Part shown: positions 42,221 to 54,921 of the stretch, piece by piece
Layout: the number at the start of each line of letters is the position of its first letter
Numbering within the stretch: the first letter of the stretch is position 1
Assembly: GCF_009914755.1 (NCBI RefSeq)
Contig: NC_060930.1
Direction: 5' to 3' (one strand)
From: the human T2T-CHM13v2.0 reference genome, Homo sapiens
DNA: 64,000 nt
Position numbers and translations under genes: made by a program
The notes under the pieces: generated by a model
The model's input: only the letters and a program-made list of their open reading frames with translations
What the model was told of the DNA's origin: nothing
Databases searched by the model: none

Positions 42221-43310
42221 GAAGAACTGAACCCAGGGTTTTAAAATGAGCTCTTACTCTCCTGCCAAAATATTCCATCACTGAGGATGTGCCAGGCAGG
42301 GTACTTTCTATGGGTTTAATCTTGCAATTCTCACAACGATCACACAACATAGGTTACCTTATCCCCATTCTACCCTGATAGAATACAGAGGAGTCCATTT
42401 TATCTGTCTGTATCTCAAACATCTGGAAATAGATCTCTGTATATCTAAATGCATGAATAGACAGATTGACTATTTTTTCTCTGGTCTTTGATTAACATAC
42501 CTTTGCTTGCAGATGACTGCTTCCTTTCTGGGTTGGTGGAAAGGAGGTTGTACTGGATGGATGAAGGCACATTTCGCAGGGCAGCCCAGCTTCAGGAAGG
42601 GGAGGGATAGGGTGGAGCCTTAGGATCAGCTAGAATCTGAGATGCAAACACTACCAGGACCCTTTCTCCATTTCTCATTCCTGCTTCTCTTTGCTTTGCC
42701 CTCTCTTCTCTCTCTCTTTCCTCCTGTAGGTTGGCTTTTTCCATCTAACTGACCAACAGCAGCTGAGTCTTACATTTCCAGAGAAATAATTAACCCAAAA
42801 TTCCCAGGAAAGTTCTCTGATTGGCCCATCCTAGGTCAGGTGTCCTCTCCTGAATCAGTCAACTATGGCCAGCAGGTAGGATCATATAAGAATTTGGTGG
42901 CTCCCTCAGGAAGCATTTTGAAGAGTGTGGACAGGAGGAGTTCCCAGAAGAAGTAAGGGATGTTTCTGGGAAAATAATATTGGATATATCCACATAGATT
43001 TATTTCTGATGACTTGTGGACTCTATTCAAATTCTTCACTCACTCTTCTTTGCACATATTAAAGAATGTGATGTGTGACATGCAATCGACTTAAAAGGCC
43101 AATCTCCACCACCTGTGAATGCTTTGACCCTGACAATTCACTTACCCTTTCTGAGCCTGAGTTTCCTTGACTGTAGAGTGGAATAATACCTACCCTGCAG
43201 TCTTGCTATAATGATTCAATAAGGCCCTGGTTATGAATGTGCCAGCACAAAGCTGGCCCTCACTATCAGCTGAGTATGAGTCTTTTTCTTTAAATTGGGT
43301 GGGGGGCTAG

Positions 43311-44115
<805 letters not shown>

Positions 44116-44156
44116 AATCACATTTTAAAAAGAAGATCAGAACAAAGGTCTCTGAG

Positions 44157-44203
44157 GATAGACAGATATAGATAGATAGATAGACAGGCAGACAGACAGA
44201 TAG
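44157..44203. repeat. (GATA)n/(GACA)n tetranucleotide repeat
   Basis: Direct reading. Confidence 0.8.
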
Positions 44204-44508
44204 AATAAGAAGGAGGAGGAGGAGAAGGGAGAGAAGAAAGGAGACAGAACACTAGTCCTCAGAGAACCCCAATGGCAACGAGGGGAGGCAGTCCTTGCTC
44301 TCAGGGAGTCCTGGGCTGCTGGGGAGACTACACATTCACCCATCATAACATAGCCCACAATGGCAAAGATGCAGAGGAGAGTTCAGGTGAAATAGGGATG
44401 AGTGACCTCCTTTGAACAGCCACGCTTTTATTGTAATAAATTTCAGCAGACATATATAACAGGTGCATTCACCTGTGATTTTATGGACACAATGGGTTAA
44501 AACAAAGG

Positions 44509-44619
44509 GACCTGCCAATAACTCTGGCATTCACAGGGCTCCAGTCGGCCTTACCTGTGCACAGCTGGCTGTTCATGTTCCCAAAGGTGACTTCTCCCGA
44601 AGTAACTTCATCCTGTTGG
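44509..44619 (-). pseudogene. Pseudo-exon 6 (QQDEVTSGEVTFGNMNSQLCTGKADWSPVNAxSYWQV)
   Basis: Phase-2 acceptor catag|C; aligns to [39 protein letters not shown]; one 1-nt deletion. Confidence 0.85.
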
Positions 44620-44851
44620 CTATGAAACCAAAGACACAGACTCGGGAAGAGGCAGCTGCAGGGTGATCAGACCCCAGTTTCAGGAACCCATTCTGTGAAT
44701 CAACCCAGCAGTCCTGGCCCACTTTGTCACCCTCCTGCTTCTCTTGTACCCACACAGTCCCTGGCTGTGGTACTGTGAACAGAAGCTTCTGTTCAGAGAT
44801 AGATCAACATGGAGGAGAGGAGGAGGAGGCTCCTGGGCAGGGTTCTCTCAC

Positions 44852-45049
44852 CTGCTGAGACAGAAACTGACCACGGCCCTGGAATCAGATTCCACTTAAC
44901 AAGGCAGTCCATGACTGCAGTGGCCCCAAGTACAGAGACAGATGGATAGGACAGCCCTATTATCACATCAAAGGGAATGCTTTCGAAGGTGGTGCCAGCT
45001 CCCTCTGGCTTAGGCCGTACTCCCGGTTGGTGATGGCCAAACCCTGGGT
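44852..45049 (-). pseudogene. Pseudo-exon 5 (TQGLAITNREYGLSQRExGTTFESIPFDVIIGLSYPSVSVLGATAVMDCLVKWNLIPGPxVSFCLS)
   Basis: gcag|ACC ... AG|gtgaga; 198 nt versus 200 nt in PGC (two 1-nt deletions); 27/66 identical residues by hand alignment. Confidence 0.92.
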
Positions 45050-45187
45050 CTGCTCCCCTGAGAGGAGGGGAATCCACTGGGGGTGGCCCTCAGGAGAACC
45101 AGGACGTCAGAGCCTCCCTCAGCAGGAAGGAAGCTAGCTGTACTCTCAGCTCACTCGGGCACCGGCTGGCTGCCTGCCCCCACCTAT

Positions 45188-45269
45188 CGTCACAACATCA
45201 AAGCCCAGGCCTCTGCCGAGACGGCGGACAGGGAGAACAGACGGCCCTCCAGGGAGTGCCTGTGCCTGG
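45188..45269 (-). pseudogene. Pseudo-exon 4 (RHR...HSLEGRLFSL...LGFDVVT)
   Basis: Phase-1 acceptor aacag|CC; HSLEGRLFSL aligns to [10 protein letters not shown] and LGFDVVT to FGYDTLT; internal deletions; donor reads ataggt. Confidence 0.7.
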
Positions 45270-45542
45270 CTGTTAGGAGCGAAGCATGCACATCAGGACC
45301 ACACTGCCCCTCCCCTCCCCTCACCCCCACATCAGCGCCATCTGGTCCCAGTGGTGACCTACACCCCACCCTGGACCCTGTGCTCTCCTAAATGGTGAGC
45401 CGAATGCCACACTGGCTCCTGTGGCTTCTCCTGCCTGGTGCCCTCACATTTTGCCTCTGCCACTTCCAATTCTGGTGGCTCTTCCCACCTTGCCTCCTCC
45501 ATGTAGCCCCTGCCTGAATCCCCAGCCCTCCAAGGGGGCCTC

Positions 45543-45838
45543 TTTTTTTTTTTTAGACGGAGTCTTGCTCTGTCACCAGGCTGGAGTGCAGTGGCGCGAT
45601 CTCGGCTCTCTGAAACCTCCACCTCCCATGTTCAAGCGATTCTCCTGCCTTAGCCTCCCGAGTGGCTGGGACTACAGGCATGAGCCATCAGGCCCAGCTA
45701 ATTTTTGAATTTTTAGTAGAGATGGGGGTTTCACCATGCTGGCCAGGCTGGTCTCGAACTCCTGACCTCAGGCGATCCACACCCGCTTTGGCCTCCCAGA
45801 GTGCTGGGATTACAGGCGTGAGCCACCGTGCCCGGCCG
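45543..45838 (-). mobile_element. Alu (in pseudogene intron 3)
   Basis: Antisense Alu flanked by duplicated ggggcctcttttt. Confidence 0.92.
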
Positions 45839-46072
45839 AGGGGCCTCTTTTTGGACTCTATATTGGACATCATGAAACATACGGCCTATAATGTGCACTG
45901 CTCATCCCCGCCTATGCTCCTGGCCTTTCTGGAGAGACTGGAAGCTTCAGGAGGACAAGAATGATGCCTTGTGCCACTCTGGGACTTACTGCTACAGCTC
46001 ACAGGAGGGAGGGACTGTTTCTCCCACAAGCTCTAGGCACCTCCCTCCTGTGGGCTCTAGATGAGCACGCAC

Positions 46073-46184
46073 GACAGCTGGGCATTCACAGAATGACGGC
46101 ACCGCCAGGTTGGCTGAGTCCATGCCAAAGAGGATCATAAAGCTCTGAGGGTGTCCCCAGCTTGATCTCCCCAGAGTAATACAT
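46073..46184 (-). pseudogene. Pseudo-exon 3 (MYYSGEIKLGTPxQSFMILFGMDSANLAVPS-FCECPAC)
   Basis: 20/39 identical to PGC exon 3 by hand alignment; 112 nt versus 118 nt; donor gtgcgt; acceptor reads ccccaa. Confidence 0.9.
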
Positions 46185-46325
46185 TTGGGGAGAGAGATTC
46201 AGCCACTGAAGGTGAGTTGGGCCCCAGGCCCACAGTGACCCCTAGTCCCACTCTTCAGCAGCTCCCACGGGGGATGACTCTGACCTTGACAGATGACTTC
46301 CCCACTGTCTTGAGTCTTTAAGATC

Positions 46326-46603
46326 TCTCCCCTCAGACTGGGGCTCCCTGAGGACAGGGCTGTGTCTCCCCTCAGACTGGGGCTCCCCGAGGACGGGGCT
46401 GTGTCTCCCCTCAGACTGGGGCTCCCCGAGGATGGGGCTGTGTCTCCCCTCAGACTGGGGCTCCCCGAGGATGGGGCTGTGTCTCCCCTCAGACTGGGGC
46501 TCCCCGAGGATGGGGCTGTGTCTCCCCACAGACTGGGGCTTCCTGAGGACGGGGCTGTGTCTCCCCTCAGACTGGGGCTCCCTGAGGATGGGGCTGTGTC
46601 CTC
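46326..46603. repeat. 39-bp minisatellite, about 7 copies (tctcccctcagactggggctccccgaggatggggctgtg)
   Basis: Near-identical tandem units, seen as 13-aa repeats in the ORF track. Confidence 0.92.
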
Positions 46604-46716
46604 TCAGGACTCAGCTTCATTCAGCTTTGGTGACACAGTAAGAAGTGAGTCACCCCTGTGAGGAGGTGGGTGGTGACAGGTGGGTGGGCAGAGCCTGACC
46701 CACTCAGGTGTACAGG

Positions 46717-46996
46717 CAGTCATGTATTACTTAACGACAGGAATGTATTATGAGAGAGGGGTCATTAGGAGACTTCATTTTTGTGTGAACATGATGGAGT
46801 GCACTTACAGAAACCTAGGCTGTGTGGTAGGGCCTGTTGCTCCTACCCTGACCCGCACAGCATGTCATGGTCTTGAATACCTTAGGCAACTGTAACACAA
46901 CGGTAAGCATTTGTGTGTCTAATCTTAGACAAGATACAGTAACAATACAGTATTATTATCTTATGGGACTGCAGTGTATAAGCCTCTCTCATTGAT
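46717..46996. mobile_element. Tigger3a/MER7A (Golem)-like DNA transposon
   Basis: cagtcatgtattacttaacgacagg ... acttacagaaacctag ... gtaacacaacggtaagcatttgtgtgtct ... tcttatgggac, matching the recalled Tigger3a consensus. Confidence 0.75.
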
Positions 46997-46999
46997 GCC

Positions 47000-47093
47000 T
47001 GACATAGTTGAGATGTTTGTTGGCAGGGTCAGGCTGGAGTTTCTTCAGGAAGTCTGAGAGTGAGAGCCGCTCCTGCATTTCTTTAGCAGGACC
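47000..47093 (-). pseudogene. Pseudo-exon 2 (VLLKK...MQERLSLSDFLKKLQPDPANKH)
   Basis: Phase-2 acceptor gccag|G; aligns to VPLKK...[22 protein letters not shown]; internal deletion; homology ends at the Tigger element. Confidence 0.8.
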
Positions 47094-47394
47094 CTGGCAG
47101 GTGGGAGTTCAGCTGATTTCACTCATAGCCCAGTTTCTCTTAAGTCCAGCCAACCACGAGTTAAGGCTCTCCAGCCAAGGTTAGCATGAGGCCTGGGGCT
47201 GAGATGGGCCACAGTCTCATTGCTTTATTTAATCATCTCTTGCTGCCATCAGTGATGGATTCAGTGGAGAGACAGGGTTGAACGTGACGTACGAGAGCAG
47301 GAAATCTAATCTGCTCCAAGAGAAATCTAATCTAATCCCTGGATCCAGGGAAGGAAGGAACTCCTGAACTTTGATGTCTTTCAAGACCCGGCAG

Positions 47395-47555
47395 GTTAGC
47401 CAGGTATGGTGGCATGCGCCCGTAGTCCAAGTTTCTCTGGATGCTGAAGCAGGAGGATTGCTTGAGGCCAGGAGGTTGAGGCTGCAGTGAGCTATGATTG
47501 AGCCACTGCACTCCAGCCCAGATGACAGAGCAAGACCCAGTCTCAGAAAAAAAAG
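47395..47555 (+). mobile_element. Alu right-arm monomer (FRAM-like)
   Basis: Single right arm with A tail. Confidence 0.8.
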
Positions 47556-47623
47556 ACCAGGCCTGGAGGACACTCACACTTGACACCCCTGTCCCCACCC
47601 CTGATCACCCCCTGACTCTGTAC

Positions 47624-47682
47624 CAGAGCAGCCCTTCAGAGAAATGGAAGCCAGTGACGGCAAGGAGCAGCCGCTTGCTCAT
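47624..47682 (-). pseudogene. Pseudo-exon 1 (signal-peptide remnant MSKRLLLAVTGFHFSEGLL)
   Basis: ATG to TG|gtacag is 59 nt and phase 2, the same as PGC exon 1; resembles pepsinogen signal peptides of the MKWLxLxLxCLxLSEGL type. Confidence 0.75.
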
Positions 47683-49526
47683 GGGCAGCTTCTACCTCTT
47701 CACCAAGGCTGGAGGGAGAGACCCCACCATAGCCCAGCCATGAGCTTAGGAAGCAGCAGATCAGGGTAGAGGGGCCTTTATTGAGGAGGAAATGGGAAGG
47801 CAGGAGCAGCCCTGAAGAAAGCAGGGGGAATGATCCAGGCAGGGGAGGAGTGTGGGCTGGCGGGGGTCTGGATAGGACTCTTTGTAGGGAGCTCCCAGAC
47901 CTGTTCCAGAGGCGCCAGGAGGAACCCATGCTCCTTTGCCTTGTTCTCCCAGTACCCTGTGGGAGTTGGAGGGGCAGCAGGAGGCAATGCAGGTAAGAGA
48001 GGCCATGAAGGAGGGGTTGTTTGGACTGAGCTGGATGTGGTCCCAGACTAGGTCTCTCTGGGTGGGGTTGAGAATTGGGTGGCAGAAAGGGGAGAGTCCA
48101 GTGTCCAGGTTCCGGCACATCAAACGCCAAAGAACGTAATCACCAGGGCCTGGATAAGGAGCAGGAACCGAGCCTAATGCAAAAGTCCCAAACCAAACAC
48201 TGATAATGGGCTCAGGAGGCTCTAGGCCTGGACCTCACGCTTCCACCCCGTGGCCCCTAGTCAAGCCTCATATGGATACGGTTACAGTCCCAGGTCCTTG
48301 GAGCCAGCTCAGATCCTGGCCAATCTAGTTTGGCTTCTGGAGAGGTGTGCCTGTGAGCAGCAGTGTGCCACTGGCCACGGCTCTCCCTGTGCTCAGGGAC
48401 TCCTAGTGTGGGACACCAGGGGCCCATGACGGGGGCTGGGGCTGAGCAGCCTCCAGAGGGATGCCCCTTGGTAGGTATGTATAGCACATCAACTCTTCCC
48501 AACATCCCAACATCCAGAGGGACTGGCTCTGTGTGCCCATTGTACAGTGTGGAAAACTGAGAACTGGAGCAGATAGGGGGAACCCCAGCCTCAGGGGGTC
48601 TTCATGCACCCCACAGTGATGGGGAAGAGAAAGGATCCAGAGGCCTTAGATGAGCCTTAAAGCCACCTGCATTGACTTCCTGCCTGAAGATCCCCTTTTG
48701 CTGATTCTGAGGTTACCTGGGAGGTGTGTGTCTGACTGTGCCTGTTTCCTGCCAAGTCTGGGGACCCTCCCCCAGCCCCGCTCAGATTCCAGGGAGCTGA
48801 GTCTCTGATCCTAAAGTTCCAGGAGGATCTCTGAGAATCTCCACTTTTTCCCTTTGTAGGAGAATGTTTCACTGCTGCCTAGTGCTAGGACCGAGGCCCC
48901 AGGGGCTTGTCCTCCAGGGAGTCTGTCTCACTTCTGCTGTGCTCTCTCTGCTGACTCCCCAGACCTGCTCTGGACATGAATATGCCTTTCCACCCACAGC
49001 ACTGCTGCTGCATGTCCCAAAGCCCTGGGTGTGTGGTGGGGCTTGGCATCCAGGTTACACTTGATCACAGGTCCAGCAGACAGCAGAGACCAAATCACAG
49101 GGACAGGAGCAGTGAGATGGGGCCTCCACAAGGCCTGGCCTTGCCCTCAGGAGTTCGGGGCTGGTGGAGTGCTTGGCGGTGCCTGAAGGACCCTGCTCTG
49201 CAATCTCTGGCTCCAGGGATGGGTCACAGTGTCAAGGGAACTGTCCCCCCAGGCTTCCAGCTCAAATCTGCCCCTCTTACCCCCAAATTCCTTTCCCATA
49301 TTAGTAAAAGTTTTCTCTTCTTCCAGTTGTCAGACCCCAAACCTCAGAGTCCTCCTTAATCCTCTTTTTCCTTTTCCCATATCCTACTTATATTTCGATT
49401 GTCAATGCCCTATTGGGTCCACCTTCAGAATACATCCCAAATCTGTCCACCTCTCCCCTTTTCCACTGCCACCACCCAATTCCAAGCCACCATCATCTCC
49501 CTCTAGATTATAGCAGTAGCCTCCTA

Positions 49527-49913
<387 letters not shown>

Positions 49914-50274
49914 TCAGAACCCTCCAATAGCTTCCTATTGATCTTAAAGTAAAATCTACATGCTTCCCCCAGGTCCTGGTCCTCATGAGGGCATGAATCC
50001 TCCTCATGCCCTCATCCCCTACTCACTCCATTTCTTCCCTCGGACAGCTACACTGGCCTCCTTTCACCCTTTTGCTTGTCCTTGAACCCATCCAGCACAT
50101 TCTCCCTATCGTGCCTTTGCACTTGTCATCCTTCTGCTTGGAATTTCCTTCCCTCAGTTGTTCATTCAGCCTCTGTCTTGCACTCAAATCTCTGCTTCAA
50201 TGTCACCTCCCCAGAGAAGTCTTCCTTGACATGCCCATTCCCGACACTCAACCACATTACTCCTTGTGCATTTT

Positions 50275-51375
<1,101 letters not shown>

Positions 51376-51562
51376 TAAACTTAACGTATGAATACTTGCC
51401 AGTTAATTGCCTCACCATCAGAAGAATGTAAGTTCACGTGGGCATGGGCTGTATTTGTCCTCCTTGCTGCTCTGTCCCCAGCACTCAGCACAGTGCCTGG
51501 CACATTAGCAGGCTCTCCATAAGTATGTGTTGGTTATGAATAGGAGACAGATTGAGATTTTA

Positions 51563-51937
<375 letters not shown>

Positions 51938-53164
51938 TCATGATCCACAGCCTGGCCCATGCAATCCACATGCAGGCGCACAGCCCACCATTCCATAGCC
52001 TGGAAAGTGCAGTCGCCTCCACTTTCCCTGACCACCCTTAACCCAGCCCTCCCACCTCATGGCCCATCTGCTTCTCTCCTCCCAACAGCCCAGTCCTTCC
52101 CCTCCCAACTGCCCTCCCACCAGGCTAATTGCTAAGCCCACACTCCCTTCTTGGTCCCCAAGTCCTCCTCATGCTCGTGGTCCACTTCCTTCAGGAAGCT
52201 TCTCCACATCACTCATTACTGTGACAACCATAACAAAGCTAAGCTTGGGCTCTGTGCCAAGTACCCACTGAAAGCTTTATGTGTGTTTTCCTACTGAACT
52301 CATAGCAACATTATGGGGTAAGTCATTAGTTCCCTTTAATAGATGAGGAAACAGGTTCAGAGAGGTTGAGTGATCTGCCTGAGGTCACACAGCTACCAAA
52401 TGGCAGAGGCACGTGTCCCATAGTCCTGTCTGGTGTGATCCTCATTCCCCCAACTAGACTGCAAGCTTTGAGGAGTCAGGGCTTTGTCTGGACTCAGCCC
52501 ACACAACCCAGATTCTGTATCCTGGGCCCATTGTGTCCAGTGTTTGGGAAATCAAAGTCACTAACCTGTGTGACTGTACATTGTGTCTCCCCTCCCCCAC
52601 CCCCCATGAATAAAAAATTGATATGTTCCTCAGGCTATTTAATCCCAGGGACAGGAGCTCACTGGGGAAAATGGCCAGCACCAGCCCACTGGACCAGAGA
52701 GACAAGGAGCCTCAAAGGATCGCTGGTAACTCTTCCCCACCCCACACACCCCTCAGCCTGATGTCCTGCACCCTGCCTGCCATTGCTGCTCTCACCTCCT
52801 CCCCAGCAGCTGCCCAGCTCTCTCCAACCCAGGCAGCACACAGTCAAGATGAACAATTTAATTACAATTTACATTTATTTTCCCCCAGAGAGCCAGAGCC
52901 CCCAGTTCTCCATCTTGTCACCTCACACACTTTTTCTGGGACGTTATTACCCAGAGGGCAACCAGGCCAGGCTGAAGGGGGGCAGGTAGAGGGAGGCAAC
53001 AAGGAGGGTCCCCCAAGGGATCATGCCTCTCCAGCTATGGGGGTAAAGTGCAGGGAGAAGGAGACAGCTGTAGATACCCTCCTTCATCAGCAGGGCTAAT
53101 GGTTCCCTGCCCCCACCCATTAACTCAGTCATTATACTAATGATCCCTTAAAAATGAGCCTAAT

Positions 53165-53462
53165 GGCCAGGGTGAGGTGGCTCATGCCTGTGATCCCAGA
53201 ACTTTGGGAGGCCGAGGCGGGTGGATCACAAGGTCAGGAGTTCAAGACCAGCCTGGCCAATATGGTGAAACCCTGTCTCTATTAAAAATACAAAAATTAG
53301 CCAGGCGTGGTGGTGGGAGCCTGTAATCCCATCTACCCAGGAGGCTGAGGCAGGAGAATTGCTTGAGCCTGGGAGACGGAGCCGAGGTCACACCACTGCA
53401 CTCCAGCCTGGGCGACAGAGCGAGACTCCATCTCAAAAAAAAAAAAAAAAAAAAAAAAAAAA
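53165..53462 (+). mobile_element. Alu with a long pure A tail
   Basis: Dimeric Alu flanked by duplicated tgagcctaatg. Confidence 0.92.
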
Positions 53463-53634
53463 GTGAGCCTAATGACAACCTGCACCTGGAGCACAGGTGA
53501 TGCTCTCACTTGCCTGTGTCACTCATCCAACTCCTCTCCACAGGCAACTCTGCAAGGAATGACCATCCCTGGAGAAACGGGAGCCCAGAGAGACCCAGAG
53601 AGTGACTCACCTGGTGAAGCAAGACAAGTGGCGA

Positions 53635-53930
53635 GGCCGGGCATGGTGGCTCACACCTTTAATCCCAGCACTTTGGGAGGCCAAGGCAGGTGGATCACCT
53701 AAGGTCAGTTCAAGACCAGCCTGGTCAACATGGTGAAACCCTGTCTCTACTAAAAATACAAAAATTAGCTGGGCGTGGTGGTGGGTGCCTATAATCCCAG
53801 CTGAAGCAGGAGAATCACTTGAACCCAGGAGGCGGAGGTTGCAGTGAGCCGGTATCATGCCATTGCACTCCAGCCTGGGCGACACAGCGAGATCATCTCA
53901 AACAAACAAATACACAAACAAACAAAAAAC
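53635..53930 (+). mobile_element. Alu with the same 12-nt right-arm deletion
   Basis: Target-site duplication acaagtggcga. Confidence 0.9.
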
Positions 53931-54413
53931 AAGTGGCGAGAAGACCTTTTAGTCAGGGGGGCTCACAGAACCAAGTTCCCGGAAGCACTTGGCTGAGAGC
54001 TCCAGGTACTCCAGCCTCACCATCCACCCCCAGCAGAGACCCTCCTCCCAGACACTTCTCTCAGACACCCCCAGCCACCCCTCTCTACTCTTCACTTGTC
54101 TTAGAGACAATTTAGTACCTCTAAATTCCAGAACAGACTCCAATCACCTAGAAGAAATGTCACCTGAATGAACGGACAGTTAACAAGCCAAGGACTCCAA
54201 TACAGAAGGGGTTGGGGGTGAGGAATACTGCAGTTGTTTAAGTGGAGACCTGGTGATTTCAGGTCAGGGTCAGCTTTAAGGGCCCAAGAGCCAACAGAGC
54301 CAGTAAAGTGCTAGCTCAGACATGATACTTATGCTAACTTGGGTACTCAGTTCTGGGTCAAACTAGAACACAAAGCAGTAGACACCTAGCCATGCTGGAA
54401 AGAACCATGTTCA

Positions 54414-54921
<508 letters not shown>

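Larger units (their letters stand above)
44509..47682 (-). pseudogene. Unprocessed pepsinogen (PGC-family) pseudogene, exons 1-6
   Basis: Six collinear segments align to PGC exons 1-6 with matching intron phases: 47624-47682, ~47000-47093, 46073-46184, 45188-45269, 44852-45049, ~44509-44619. Multiple frameshifts, DTG changed to GMD, two dead splice sites. Confidence 0.9.

Noticed and set aside
42500-42575. ATG-containing segment ending in a strong donor (AAG|gtatgt) as a distal PGC first exon
   Set aside because: Phase 0 does not fit the phase-2 acceptor of PGC exon 2; cannot be supported without transcript data.
46242-46661. Repeat-protein ORFs or a CRISPR-like array
   Set aside because: Head-to-tail 39-bp minisatellite with no unique spacers.
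47230-47300. Minus-strand FNP...SITDGS resembling pepsinogen exon 4
   Set aside because: Out of order (lies in pseudo-intron 1), no splice sites, and a better exon 4 exists at 45188-45269.
48085-48115. LDTGLS motif in ORF 47761..48123
   Set aside because: Upstream of pseudo-exon 1 with no flanking aspartic-protease similarity; likely chance.
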